Position numbers and translations under genes: made by a program. A DNA stretch of 64,000 nucleotides, from NCBI GenBank assembly GCA_028534125.1, contig CM052838.1, positions 65,968,001 through 66,032,000 on the forward strand, in the 5' to 3' direction. The number at the start of each line of letters is the position of its first letter. Position 1 is the first letter of the stretch. Origin of the DNA: Lama glama. Its lineage: Eukaryota. Below are positions 50,001-63,705 of the stretch, one piece after another. The notes beneath the pieces are model-generated. The model had not been told where the DNA came from. It did no database searches and saw nothing but the letters and a program-made list of their open reading frames with translations.

Positions 50001-53000
50001 GGTCCAGGTTGGGGTCCACGAGGAAGGTGCGGCTCTGCCTCCCGGTGAGGGGCTGGGCGGTGATGTACCTGCCGTCCACGCCCACCAGCACATACAGCAG
50101 GTCTTCCACGACGGCTGACTCCTGGGAGGTCAGGGGCAGCGTGCCTGTGGGCACAGACATGGCTGGGGCTCACCTTCCACCAGACCCCCGCTCCCAGCAG
50201 GCTCTTTCCATTGGCTGCCCTCCGTGTAACTGCCTCTATTGCTCGTGAATATAGAAACCAAGTCCTTCACTCGACTCGACTGACACCTCTGAACACCAAA
50301 GGCTGAGGCCCCAAAACCACCACCAGGAAAGGCGCTGACCCGGCAGCAGGCCAGGAAGAGCCTCGGAGCACTGGGCAAACAGACACCTGCACACGCGAAT
50401 GAGCGTGCGACATCTAAGAGAACAGAACTAGGGCTTAAAAAGCACCTCTGACCGTATTGTACTCGCGATGCTCACTACAACCTAACAAACCTGGGATAAA
50501 AAGGCTTTCTCTGATCACTAAAACGCAGGTGGTTTCTATTGTATGCACAGTCTGAAATGGCTCCGTGACCCCAAAGGACTCAGGGCAATCAAGGCCATGG
50601 ACCAGGGCCGTCCCCCAAATGCTTCGTAACCTGGACCCCCCTGCCTCTAGGTTCTCGGTCCAGAACGATCCTCAGCGTCCTGCCCAACACCTGCTGGGCA
50701 CATGGTCACACTAGGACAGGGGCAGCACAGGAGAAAGGCGCCCCAGCCCCGGCTCCCTGCCGAGCCCCATGGGTGCTGTGTCAGCTCAGGGCACCCAAAA
50801 CCAAGGCCTGGCAGCTCGGATGGGGCTCACGGAAGCACTGCTGGCCCCACACGTCTGCAGGCAAGGGAGGCAGGGCAGGCTGGAGCCCAACAGCTGTCTG
50901 TCCAGGCACTGGTCACTCGGGGCTCAAAGCTGCTGTCTGAACCTGAGGCTGTTTTTCTCTACAGCTGTGGCGGCCTTCAGATTCCAGCCTCTGTGACCCC
51001 CAGAGGTGGGCACGACCGGCTGCCATTCCTTAGCGCAGGGCTACTAACCTAACCTCACACATTTCACCTCCAACCTCCACACTGCCCTCGCCAAGGCCCG
51101 CCTGAGGTTCACGGGGAGGAGTCTGCAGCAGTGGGGGAGGGTGCTGACCCAGGGTGGGGAGCTCAGGGTCCTGGGGCAGATGCTGGCCCGGCCTCCCCTG
51201 CCCCTGCGTGGAGAGGAGAACATCACAGCCTGTACGAATGGGAGACACAGCCAGCCTGCAGCTGAGCTCAAAGGGACATGGGACGCTCCAGGGTGAGGGG
51301 ACATCCCACAGAAGTTGGAACGGGAAGCCACACGGAGCCATCAGGATTTCACCGGGGTGCAGGGTCACTAGAGAGGCTTCGCAGGGCAGGCCTGACTCAG
51401 AGCCGCACTGGGATGACAGAGAGGGCTGCAGTGGGCAGGACGTGGGCTCAGATCTGCACCCTGACACATTGCCGCTGGCTCCCAAGGCCAAATGAAGGGA
51501 AACTAAAACTCGTTTCCCTGCAATGCCAGCCACTCGCTGCCCACCGGCCACAGATGGCTGGGGCACCGCACTGGGCAGAATGGATCTACAACATGCCTTC
51601 ATCATGCAAAATTCTGTGAAAGGTGCTGAGCCCTGAGTGGGGAAAGTGGACAGAGGCCCTCTCCTGCAGCTGGAGGGTGGGTGACAGCTGGGGGCTGGGG
51701 CCAGGCTAGTGCAGCAGAAGGGAAGCAGATACAGGTGATGCCAGTCACCACGCGGAGGGGAGGGGTGCCTGGGAAAGGTCAGGAGCCCGTTGTGGACACT
51801 CTTGGCAGACAGAGGGCCACACACAGGCAGGACTTCAGGAGAGCTGTGTAAGGGACAGAGAGCTGGGGCCCCACTGGGAGCTTCCAATTCCTTAAAACAG
51901 ACGGGTCACCTTAGGGGGGTAGAATCCATGAGACCCAGGAGCAAAGCGCAAGGACTCAAGATGAGGAAGAGGGAGAAGCAAAATGGAGGCCAGGAAGGGA
52001 CCACAGACCACCCAGTGTTGCCCGAACATTCAGGGAAATCGTGCTGTGTTACCAGATCTGAGCACAGGGCTCAGTGACCCAGCAAAGGCCGCTGCATGGG
52101 AGCCACCTGTGCCTGCGGCCTCGATGTCAAGGCCCTGGGTCAGGGCAGGACTTGTAAGGACGGCAGTTGCTACGCCATCTGGCCGTTGACAGGACGGCCT
52201 GGGCAAGCAGATGGAGCTGGAGACCTGTGTGTGGAGGAATGGCCCAGCGTGGATGGGGACCTGCCTCAGCTCTAAGAAGGGAATCGGATGGCAAGGTGAC
52301 CACAGGGAGGTGGGATGGGCACCACTCAGCCAGCGGGGGGACGTCTAGCATTGCCCACTCCTGGGGGTGAAGCTCTGCCAGGGGGAGGCCAAGGAAGGGC
52401 TGAGGACAGCCATGCCAACCACAGGAGTCTGAACGTGGACAGGGAAGCGGCCAGAGGGCTGTGGAGGATGCTGCGTCACAGCCTGCAGTCTGGGCCAGGG
52501 AGGGACAGGGTAAGAAGGTGACGCGGGCCCAGAGGACCAACACTAACCCCACCTCTGAAACCCGCATAGCGTGGCTGCTGGAGTGACATGGGATGGAACA
52601 CCTCGAGTTCTCCCAGGGAACGCTGTCATGCAACCGGCCTGGGGACCCCAACAGCGAGGCGCGCCCGTGGCCCGTGTGTGAAAGCATCTGCCTCAGTAGC
52701 ACAACAACTCCAAATGTAGAAAACTTCCTCGTCGGACACCCAAAGCATGGCCTGCCCTCAAGAGCCAGTGCCTGGGTTCCCCTCCCCGGCTGGGCCTCCC
52801 CAGAAGAGGTGGTGCCTCATGCGAGGCCTGGAACATTGACTCCTCTGACTGATCCAGACACACAAACATGGTGTCAGCAAAGTCCACAGCCACAGCAACG
52901 GACTCCCTCAGCAGCTCTTAAACTTCCTTGGCTCCTGCCAGGTGCGCAAGGGAGCCAGTGGCATCTCACCTGCCGGCTCCCCAGGCCGGCAACACGGGGC

Positions 53001-56000
53001 CTGCCCCACCCACCCTGCTCCCTGCCCTTGGAGAACCTGTGCAGCACAGGCTCCTGTGCCCACGCCTCTCACCTCCACACAGGCTGTGCTGGCGCCTCCC
53101 CACGGGCACCGCTCTGCGAGCACACACCATGACGTGTTTCCTCTCAAGTGTGCACCCTGAGCAGGAGGTGGGACACAGCTTCCCACCCAAAGAAGTGCTC
53201 GCCAGGTGGGAGGTGCGGGCAAGGTGCGCAAATACCACGTCCCCTCGGCTGTCTGGACCGGACACACGAAGGCCAGCGTGGCAAGCCTGGCACCGCTGTG
53301 GGAGAATCTGCAGTAACCATGCCTCGCTGTTTGGAAGGAGGACCCTGGTCATCCTATCGCCCCTAGTCTGCACAGAACCCGGGACGCAGGCTCTCCTAAA
53401 AGCCAGACAAGACCCAGCCCAGACGCTGGCAAGTCACCACCCACTGGTGACTGGGGATAGGGATGTGGAGGATGGCAAAAGGTGGGCATCGTGAGCTGCA
53501 GCATGACCAAGGGCAGGAAGGGCCTCAGGGGGCTGTAGCCCTCCCCACCACAGCATCACCAAGCAAACAGATGTGCCTCCAGGTCCCCACTGCCAGAGCT
53601 CCAGGCCTCACGCACCTATAGGCACAGCTGCATCTGTGCTCACACCCGAGCCCGCCAGGAAGTCCCCGAGAAGCGTGGGTCTCTCATACACCCAGGCCGG
53701 GAAGACTGGGAGGTGTTGGCCCAAATTCTTCCTGTTCTGCTTGTCTCGAAGCATCTTTCTTGTGAGTTCCAGAGACTGGGGAGAATGTTTTTTAAAAACA
53801 GGAAAGACACACATAATTTCAGTACAACCACTTAAAACTAACAGGTCTGCAGTATGAAAAGTGGGTCCCTAAGCACACGTGAGGGTCAACAAATACAAGT
53901 GGACGTGAGACAAACGTGTCCAAGCCCATCACAGTGCGAGGGGCTGGGGACAAGCCACACGGCCACCCCAAGGAGCCAGGACCGGACAGGAGTGTCTCCA
54001 CAGTCAGACCGGGCACCCACCCGGCTGTGGCAACGTGGTACCTGCTGCCACGTGGGGCCCGTGGCCACGCTGCCCAGCTGCTTCCTCAGCTCCTCCAGCT
54101 CCTGCATGGAGATCTTAGAGGCCGTGACTGGGGCATTGAAGTTGGTGGTGCCACTGGTGGCGGTGCTTGCTGCGAGCTCTGCCCTCTCCCTGGCATTCTG
54201 CTGTAAGTACTGCAGAGTCTGAAAGCACACAGCACCTGGAGTCCTACGGACCGGCGTGTTTGTGCCCTCCACCGGGCACTGCCAGTCCCTGAGCTGCAGC
54301 CCAGTCTCCCAGAGCTTTCTGCCATGAGGTACCACATCCCCAAATCTCAGGAGGACAGCATCCCAAACTCGTTCCCAACAGCCCATGACTGGCCTCCCTT
54401 GCTGCGAGAGACCAGTGGCCAGCGCTGGTGGCCACCCTGTGCCCAGCCGCACCCTCTCCCCAGACCCCAGGCGCATGAAGTGAGTGGAAGCACTGAACGC
54501 CCAGGCACCTCGGCACCTCTGCACTCTTCTGAGCATCGTAAGTAACACATGCTCACTTTAGAACAAAGACACAGCCCGGACCACAGAAACGGAAGTCCCT
54601 CCGCCCGAGGCAGCGTTAACCACCTTGCGTTTGTCACCAACACGAGTGACTTCCGTTCCGATGCACCTATATGGTGCACGGAGTCCTCTGTGACCTCAAC
54701 GCGCTACAGGTGCAAGGCCGGGAAAGCTCAAGGACAGGTGCCTGGGTCAGAGAGCAGAGGTCAGGTGGCCCCACGGCTGTCACCCCAACCGACAAGCTGC
54801 ACGGCCTAGCATGACCCCACAAGGACACACATCCATCCGTCTTTCTGAGACACAGAGAGGTCCTTCCAACCCAGCCGAGCCAGCACCCACCTCTCTGTCC
54901 TCCGTGAGCTTCGACAGCAGGTACACCAGGGGGTCAAGGTTCCTGGTGTTCTTTGATTTCAGTTCATCGTATTTCTTCAGGAAGTCCTCAGGAGTACGAG
55001 AAAACTCTGCTATTTTAACCTCAAAAGCATAGATAGAGGGACTCAGTGACAACAATCGGGAATCTTAAAAAATCTTGTAGAAAACTAAACCCAAAACAGC
55101 AATCAGAGTGACGTCAGGCAGATGGAACAGTCCTAAATCTCCAAAATAAAACTGAGCAAATGCACTGAAATTCCTTGTCGAACTCCGCACTCTCCTCTGA
55201 GGTTCCTCCCTCGTTTGCTTCCCCAGCCTGAGCTGCGACCTCCCAGCATTTGTCTACACATTTAACTCTGTTCCTCTGGAACTCATCACTACATACAGGT
55301 TCACGGTTACATTTTTCATTACCTAAAATACCCACTTATAATATGCTAGATGTCACTGTGTGTCCTAGACTCTCTAGTCTGCTCAGTAAATGTTCTGAAT
55401 TATCCCTGTGCTGTTATTAGACTATTTAAATAAATGAAGGTTCACAACGGGTTTCTAAAGTAGATTTCAAAGTCATCTTTTACTGAGGTATAATTCTGAA
55501 TTACATACTATTTCAATAAACAAAGAAAATCTACTTTAAAAGGATTTAAATGCAGTTAATGCCAGGAGCCTCCTTTTCACCCATGGGAATATCTCTGTGT
55601 CGAGATGTGAGCAGAAATCAGGACTATCTGTGTCTTCCTCCTCAGGGGGTACAGGGAGGCTGTGGTTCAGAGACTGAGTCTGAGGTCAGGCAGACAGCCC
55701 TGCGTCCTACCTGAGCCTCACTGCCTCGTCTGTACAACAGGCTGACTGACGGGGCCGCTGAGGAGTCAGCAGGAGTGCTGAGCAGAGCACACGTCCGCGA
55801 AAAGCATCTGTCAAGTGCTGCCTGCCACCAGCACTGGCACTGCTGAGGCTGCCCAACAGGGGTGTAAACTCCGGGACGCGCACTCACCTTGGCACTGTGT
55901 GCAGACACAGTGGTTGTGACATACGGGGTCCTGTTCTTCTGCAGCAGGTCGATGTAGACCTCGGCCCCATCACCCCCGCGGACCCGCAGCAGGCTGAGCA

Positions 56001-56037
56001 GCTCGTTGACGTCATGGTGAATCCGAAACTCACTCAT
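41017..56037 (-). CDS. TUBGCP2: Gamma-tubulin complex component 2 (GCP2), 17 coding exons, 906 aa
   Basis: Coding exons: 56037-55888, 55019-54891, 54218-54042, 53775-53616, 50144-49937, 49735-49536, 49319-49130, 48617-48472, 47542-47362, 46842-46662, 44952-44780, 44628-44500, 44128-44008, 43549-43406, 43232-43101, 42453-42290, 41152-41017; total 2721 nt, open frame. MSEFRIHHDVNELLSLL start, GRIP motifs (SIKRYFLMDQGDFF, RLDFNGFY), ends RIAVTAQ*. Non-coding exon 1 ends at a donor at 57766. Confidence 0.97.
44175..44332. repeat. Degenerate minisatellite (core TCAGGG(A/T)CCACCCC, ~33-nt period) in a TUBGCP2 intron
   Basis: Core recurs near 44176, 44217, 44250 and 44283. Confidence 0.7.
45760..46560 (+). 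mobile_element. Old LINE-1 ORF2 fragment, antisense in a TUBGCP2 intron
   Basis: A-rich; ORF 45863-46336 gives LKNKWVKEEI...LRGKFTA...TKIRN, homologous to L1 ORF2 just after the endonuclease domain. Confidence 0.85.
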
Positions 56038-57369
56038 AGTCTTGGCTCTGCGACAACATCACAATGTGTTCTCCTTAAAGTAAGAGGAAAGACACTTATA
56101 AAAATAAAACCCATAAATAAAAAACCTTTCAAGTAACTGAATCTGGCCAGTATCAGGTCTTTGGGAAGCCAAACTGTCACAGGGCCCAGCCTGGCCCACC
56201 AGTCCTCCATGACAGGGCCTGCCCACCCCCAGGCGGGGCTCATTCCTAGGGTGAGTCCTCCTTGCCCCCCAGGTGGCACCCGCTGGTGTGTTCTGTCATT
56301 TCTTATTGGAGGCTGCCTTCAGTGGGCAGCTCCTTGTGGGAGCCCAGAGTTTCCGCACCTGCTCCTCAGCTCAGGGAGCTGCTTGTGCAGCCAGTGAGAG
56401 TGTGGCCCCACCGGCCTGGGCCCCTTCCTCCTGGTGACTCCAACCTCACATGGCCCTGGGCCAGCAGGCAGCTGCTCCCTTGGTCAGCATACAGCACCTT
56501 CCTGTCCCTTCTCGCTCTAGCCATGCAGACACAGGGGTCCTGGCCCTCGGGGGTCCTGGTCTACACAGGTAGCTCCACACAGGCCTAAACCACTGCCCTG
56601 GCCAGGTTCCCGCCGTGACCCCGCATCTGCAGCTGCGTTCACCCTCCAGTTCTGTGTTTGCACTCCGGTGCCTCGGACGCTGCCTTTTCTGGCCCAGGCG
56701 TGGTTTTTGCTAAGATTGCGAAGCATCTCCTGCACACTTGAGCTGAGTGCTTCAGCCAGACCTGCCCTGTCCACTGGATGTCCACAGGACTCCCCATCGG
56801 ACGCACAGCCCACTGGGGTCAGGACTGTAACTGCAATCCCACCCGGCAGACAGTGGGGGACTGCCCAGGGACTTCTGTCTTCCCCTGGATGACCCGTCCA
56901 GTCAGCCATTATTGTGGTGGCACAGGCAATTAGCCAGAGATTCAAAAAATAAACACGAACAAACTTTACATACTTCACATAAACATTTCAGTGCATCTCC
57001 ACAGGGTTCATAATGTTGGTTCACCACCACCAAAAAAGACTCTTGGAAATGACAGGCAAAATCATTTCTGTCTGTGAGTTTTCTGAGAGGTCTTTCAACA
57101 GATAATCAAAGGCTCTGTGACCCAAAAAAGGTTAAGGACCACGGTGCCACCAGCTCCACTGAAGACGAGCCCCGCGTCAAACATCAGGCCAGGGAGGCTC
57201 AGTCCCCTCCCGCCGCACGAGTGTTGACCCCTAACTCTCCCATGAGACAGAGACTCTGACCCCGAGCGACGGAAAACAGGGTCTCGGTGTGCAAATCTGA
57301 GAGTCGCGGCACACAAACGTCAAACGCTGGCCAGAAGCAGGGCACCTCCAAACAGGACAGAATAGCGAG

Positions 57370-58260
57370 CGCGAGCCGCGCGGATGTCGCCAGCACGCGC
57401 GGGGTTAGAGCAGGGCACCGGCTGCGGCTCCCGGCCGGCCTCAACCCCGACCCGGTGCTCCCCGGCTGCAGGGCCCTGGGCAAGGGGCTTGTCCTCCCTA
57501 AGTTTCCTGAGAAACACCACCCGAGGGCTTCGCGCAAAGGAAGGTCACAACAAAACGCGAGTTTTCCAAAGACCCCTGGGCTCCAGTCCGGGGGCAGTTC
57601 TGGAGACAAGGTCGGTCCAGGGGCCGCGGCAGCCCCTCAGGTGGGAGACGGCGGCGGCGGCCGAGGGTGGGAGAGAGGGAGCCCGCACTGCTCGGGGCTG
57701 CGAGCCGCCCCGGGACCCCGACCAGCGCCCCCAGGCTCAGGCCCCGCCGCCCCCGCCCGACTCACCGCAGGCGCCGCGCCCGGGGCCAGCCCGCCAAGCC
57801 CGCCAAGCCCGCCGCGCAGCCTGCGTCGCCCGCGCCGGAAGTGGTGCGTGACGTCACATCCGGCCCCCGCCCGGCCGGCTTGCGGACGGTGGCCGACAGG
57901 CTGTGGCGGCGCCGGCGCGCGGGGCGATGCAGCTGCCGCCTGCACTACACGCCCGCCTGGCGGGGGCACCCGGGGAGGCCGAGCCGCTGCCCGTGGAGCG
58001 GGACCCCGCGGCCGGGACCACGCCCTTCCGCTTTGCGGCGCGCCAGGTCCGCTTCCCACGGGAGCACGAGTTCTTCGAGGTGCGTGAGCAGAGGGAGAGG
58101 GCAGTTGGGGCGGGGGCGGTGCCGGGGGCGGTGCCTGGGGCGGGGCTGGACGGGGCGGAAATAAGGCTAGGTGCGGGGCCTGGCTGGTCGGGACCGGAGG
58201 CCGGTGGGCGGGCCTGTGGGGGGCGGGGTTATGGCTCAGGGCGGGGCCCTGGACGGGGGC
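57370..58260. promoter_or_regulatory. Bidirectional CpG-island promoter TUBGCP2/ZNF511
   Basis: Head-to-head genes (TUBGCP2 exon-1 donor 57766, ZNF511 ATG 57927); CCGGAAGTG 57835-57843, TGACGTCA 57849-57856, ACATCCGG 57856-57863. Confidence 0.9.
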
Positions 58261-61145
58261 TCGATGGGGCGAGATCAGAACTGGGACAGCTTTGTCTCCT
58301 GCAGGACGGGGATGTGCAGCGGCACCTCTATCTCCAGGATGTGCTCACGCAGGTGGCTGGGGATCCCGAGAGGCCCAGGTGAGCGCTGTGACCCAGCGCG
58401 GGCCCCCTCCTTGTCTCCTCGCTCCTTCCTCCCTGCCCGCCCCTCTGGCTGGACCACCGTTTACGTCGTCGGTGTGACTGGCCTCCTCACTGCCTGCCTG
58501 GTCTGTGAAAATACAACTGTTAGAAAAATGGGAGTTGGGATTGCAAAAGAAAATCCGGAGCTTTATCAGACCACTTAAAGGGGTGTGGTAACAGGGAGTT
58601 CTGTCCTCCGTGGAATGGCATCCCCACCAGGCCACTTCCTCTGCCAGGGTGCCCGAGTTCACCTGTCAGGTAGCCGGGTGCTGCCAGGTGTTTGACGCCC
58701 TGGAGGACTACGAGCACCACTACCACACTCTGCACAGAAACGTCTGCTCCTTCTGCAAGCGGGCCTTTCCCTCGGGACACCTGCTGGACACCCACATCCT
58801 GGAGTGGCACGACTCCCTGTTCCAGATCCTGGCTGAGCGGCAGGACATGGTGGGTGACCGTCTCACCCAAGGGCCGAGGGCACATCATGAGGGTTTGTTC
58901 CCCCATTGCGTGCCTTGTGGTGCCAGAGCCGGGGGGCTGCCCAGGGGTCAGCGTGCAGTGACACTGTTTCTGTTTCAGTACCAGTGCTTGGTGGAGGGCT
59001 GCACAGAGAAGTTTAGGACCAGCAGAGACAGGAAGGAGCACCTGGTGACACGTCACCTCTACCCTGCGGACTTCCGCTTCGATAAACCAAGGAAGAGCAA
59101 AGGGTATGAAGCCACTTCCCAAGCGTAGAACTCCTCTGATACGGAGACTTTAAGGGTACCCCTGTCACTTAACGTCCTGCTTAGCTGCCAGTAACGGAAA
59201 CCCGGATAGGTCGGGAGTTATTAACCCAGAGGAATTAAACAGATAGGGCTGGTTTCACGTGTGGGACCCCTGCTGCAGGAGGACAGGAAGGGAGAACCTG
59301 GCTTCCCTGGTCTGTGCTGGGAATGACTGGGGTACCGTGGCGGGGTCTGCAGGGCCTGCAGAAAGAGCCCCACCCCCTGCACACTCAAGCTTCGCAGCTG
59401 TGCCTGCACCTCCACCCAGCCCGTCGCCTCCCCTCCATCGCTGATCAGGGCCTTTGGGAACCTGTCCCGGGCTGTGAGTCCCTCTGCTCATGTGGGGCCC
59501 TCTGGTTTTTCATTTGTCCTGTAGGTAGATGAACTTGACAAAGCCGAGTGCTACATGCTACTTCTCAAAATGTCCTATGGGGAGGTTCCTCTGGGTATAA
59601 TTTTTAAGTTTGTGTTATATTTGTTTGCCTCTTCATTAACTGATGTGTTCAGCTGAAACTTCACAATCACCTAAAAATTGTGTTGGTTGAAGTCTTTTTA
59701 GACTAAATTGTCCCCAGACAAGACTTCGCTGTTTAAAGTGAAATAATCAGGAGAATCCACTACAATGTGAGAGATTTTTCCAAAGCCCCTGGGGGTAAGA
59801 TAATTCTTTTCTTTTCAAGGACTCGTTTTAAGGGAGAAAACCCTACAACGTTGGATTGAGACATAGCATTATGGGAAAGACACTCAGTATCTTATGGCTG
59901 AGTTTAGTAACTTTCTCACTAATTGTTACAGAGAGATGTCTAGTATTCTTAGTAATCATTTACCACATGACACCATATAAATACTGGTTTTGAAAAGTAA
60001 AGTACGATCATTACGCCTAAATCCATAAATCGTGTCTTATATCACACAGACATTTCTCCTAGTTCCGGTAGCCAGGAAGTTACTTTTGACAAAATAGTTA
60101 TAAAACAGCTTTGTGAGTTCACTCCTGGGGGAAGCCCGGGGGCTATAGGAGCTCGCTCCTTCTTGTCTTCCCCAGCCCAGCCACGCCCGGGCCCGCCGTG
60201 CAGGTGTCCGCAGAAGCCCTGGGGGATGACCAGGTGCCATCAGAAGGAGACGCCATGGAAGTCTGCTTTGGACACACAGAGCTGCCCCCAGAATCTTCCG
60301 GAGAGAGGCGGACCTACGGCCACAGGTCAGTCCCGGGCGTCCTTCTGAAGCCGGCTCTGAGCCTGTGCGTTCCCTGGAAAATTCCAGGTTTGATGTTGGG
60401 CCGGCATCCTCCCCAAGAGGAGCTGCCACGGGGTTGGAGTGTTGGCTTCGGCAGGAGGTGAGAGCCCAACTCTACCCACTCCCCTCGAATGACCTGCTTC
60501 TCCTGCTGTTCAGCCTGGAGTGCACCTGCCCAGCCTGAGCTGGGGTGGAGAACCAGGTGTGACTGCTCGGGTTACAGCCTACGAGTCTGTCTTTCTAGTG
60601 CTAAATGTGCTATTCCTGAGTTGAAGTTGGTTTCAAATCTAATTTGGGGGGAAACACTGGAGAAATGGAAAAGATCACCAGCAAACCCAAACCGACAGGA
60701 AGGTGACCGGCGTCCCTCAGCTGCCCTCGAGCAGTGGCCCAGACTCTGGCATGAGCGTGAGCCCCAGGTTCCAGCGGGTGGGTTGGGTTTCGCCCGGATG
60801 GACCGAGGGCAACAGGAAGGCTGGGCCCGGGGGCGGGAGGCGGGGAGCCTCTCGTGCCTGGCGGCTGGAGAACACCCCCGCGCCCTCCGGGAAGCCGGTC
60901 TGGAGCAGGCTGGCTGGCTGGGCCCGGGGAGCCGTGGGCGAAGGGCCGCCCACAGCCTGAACATTCCGGGAAGAAGGAGGTTCCAGGCGCCAGACAGCGC
61001 CGTGGGTTGGGTTGTTTGCTGGCGAGAGATGTGGTTCAGCACGAACGATTTTTCCCTGCGTTTCAGAATTCCTTCTGCCGTCTGCTTCGGCCAAGGCTCA
61101 TCACGAGGATTTAAAAGCACCAAGAAAAGAAATGAGCACCAGTGA
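57927..61145 (+). CDS. ZNF511: Zinc finger protein 511, 6 exons, 260 aa
   Basis: Exons 57927-58079, 58305-58378, 58648-58849, 58979-59103, 60176-60325, 61067-61145; 783 nt, open frame. MQLPPALHARL start; three C2H2 fingers (CQVAGC..HYHTLH, CSFC..HILEWH, CLVEGC..HLVTRH); C-terminal IPSAVCFGQG. Confidence 0.96.
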
Positions 61146-62899
61146 CGCTGAGACCGAGAGGAAGAGCCACGAAGTCGAGCAGATCCTCGGCGGGAGACGG
61201 GCCCTCCGCAGAATGTGGTGTCACCGTAGGCTTTTCCTCGTGCCTTGCTGTGGCCACCCCAGGACCCTGGCCCTGCTGTCCTCGGAGTCTTGGTCCCTCG
61301 GTGAACCACCGAATGACGCGGGGAGCTGTGTTGGGAGCCGAGAGGGGCCCACGGATTCCAGGAGGGGCCCGACCCACGTGGCAGCTGGAGTGGGGAGGGC
61401 AGCCCTGCTCCTCACAGGGCCCACCCCCGGCCCCACAGCCAAGGGCGACCTCTGTAAATACGTGGAGAGAATATTTTTCACGACCGGTCTCATGTTGTCA
61501 TTCTGTGCTGGTTAACGGTGGGCATGTGAGCAGCAGTTACTGGTGAGCACTTTGTTTTCAGCACTCACTTCCTGGAAAAACTGATGACGTTTTAGGGCCT
61601 GAGTGCGGGGGTGATGAGGCCCGGACCATCCTGTCACCCACACTGAGCAGACCTGACTGAGACGGTGAGACCAGGGAGACTCCCCCAGGCCTCGGCAGGG
61701 GCTGTAGGTGCCGGGGGCGGAGTGCCCGCTGGGAGAGAGGCTGGGGGAGGGGCCCGGTTGTGCAGTCCTCTCCTCCTTTTGTATCTGGCTAAATGGAGTG
61801 CTCACCAGTGGAGCCAGGGCTGGGAAAGGCAGGGCAGTGGTGGGGCGGGTGCAGATAGAGGCAGACCTGCACAGAGAAGCAGCTGGATCAGGTGTACTGA
61901 TAAAATCAGTGCTCTCAGGGCCAGGCCTGTTAGAGTGGAGACCCACCAGCGGGCTCTCCCTCTGGGAGCCTGTGCCCACTGGGCGTGTGCCTGGGACTGT
62001 ACTTCTTCCAGGGGCTGTACCAGGCTGAGGGCCCTGGCTTAGCTGGCCGCGGGAGGATGGGCGCTCCCTGCCCCCACACCCGCCATCCTACTCTTGTTCT
62101 GGGCTCTGGGCTGGAGGCAGCGGGTGGTAATCTGGGACTCAGGGCACAGAGGCTATGCCCCAGCTCCTCCTGAGCCCACCCTCTGGTCTCCCCAGCCTAG
62201 GGCAGAGGGACAGTGACCTCACACCATCCACCTCATGCACCAAAAACCCTGAGGTGCCCAAGGAAAACATTTAAAACCTTAAGTCTGACGAGGCCTAGTA
62301 TCTTGATGCAGAGGGGCCAAATGTAGACTTTTCTTGGGGGAGCAATGACCAGCCTTGGCTGAGGGATGATGGCAGGGCTGCTAAGGGTCCTGTCTTTGGT
62401 TCTTGAAAAACACAACATAGGGAGAAATACTAACAGCAAATGTACCGTCAGCCGCCACATGGGACGGCGGTTCCTGGCCTGGGGACGGTTGGTCCTGGGT
62501 CCCCATCCCAGCTGCACCCTGCTGACAAAGCTCCTTGTTTAACCTGGCCCAGCTTTGCTTTTTCTTCTGAAAAACAGGGACTATAAAACTTTAGTCTGAT
62601 GAAAGTTACTGGTGGGGAGAAAACCGAAACAATAGCATAATTTATTCTGAGGGGCTACTTGTATCTCTGCTGCAAAATCTGAAAATCTGGGGGTGGTTTC
62701 CAGGTCCGTTTCCAGGGAGACACAGAGTTGGAAGCACAAGAAAACGGGCCGCTCGCTGGCAGGTGCAGGAAAGTCACTGCGTCAGATGCCGAGTGTTTAA
62801 GGTCACTGAGGTGGTAGTGGTGGCGGTGGGAACGTGACTGTCATCCCTCGGTTTACATGAAATGCACTGGGAGATGAGAAGCTGCTGGGATTACCCTGT

Positions 62900-63420
62900 T
62901 CTTTTTTTTTTTAACTGATGTATAGTTGATTTACATTGTATTAGTTTCAGACACACAAACATAGTGACTTGAGATTTTTATAAGTTGTTCTCCACTTGTA
63001 GGTACGGCGACACGTGGGCTGTGTCCCCTGTGCTGAGAGACATGCCCTTGTACACAGTGGCTTGTAGCTCTCGACCCCTCACCCCGGGCACTGCCAGTTT
63101 GTTCTCGTACCTGAGTCTGTTTCTCCTCTGTCACATCACTAGTTAGTTTCGTCCAAGGCCCACGTGTGAGTGACGCGGTACAGCACTTTCCCTGCCTGAC
63201 CTCACTCGGCGCGGTGCCCTCCAGTTCCCCCACGCTGTGGCCAGGCGCCCTCTTCTCTGGCAGGGGTATGAGGTGCTGGTCATTCAGGAGCCACGCTTGG
63301 GCCTGGGGGTCTGCATTCCTGCTTTTCTTCTGGGTGGAGTGAGCTTTTCTCATTCTGCTACTTGGAATTTAGGCGTCTGCGAGGCGTCATTTGAGCAGTT
63401 ACCCCCAAACTTTTCATAAA
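62900..63420 (-). mobile_element. LINE-1 3' end fragment
   Basis: Poly(T) followed by AACTGATGTATAGTTGATTTACATTGTATTAGTTTCAG, typical of a reverse-oriented L1MA-type 3' end; distal boundary uncertain. Confidence 0.7.
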
Positions 63421-63705
63421 CACTGAACGTGTTCGGATCTAAGATTAATCAGGATCTATCCCCTCCCCACAAACGGAGGACGAGCTGTGGACACTGAACC
63501 TTCACCTGCCGTGTCTGGAGAAGGGTAGGGCCGCACACTGCCGCCTAGTCTGTGCCCCTGCGACATCCCTGCCGCGGCCCACCCTGAGGCAGCGCTTCCT
63601 CTTCTGGGTCTCTGCTCCTGCCTCTCGGAGGCCCTGCACGGGACCCTCTCCTGCCAGACCAGCATTGTGGAAAGTCCTGTGGCAAGAGTCAGTAGTTACA
63701 AATGC

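Noticed and set aside
62596-62650. CTGATGA...GAAAC resembling a hammerhead ribozyme core, or box C (TGATGA) with box D (CTGA) of a snoRNA
   Set aside because: Stem II (AAGTT/AAACC) does not pair, no NUH closes stem III, and there is no terminal stem; too short for a C/D snoRNA and not evidently intronic
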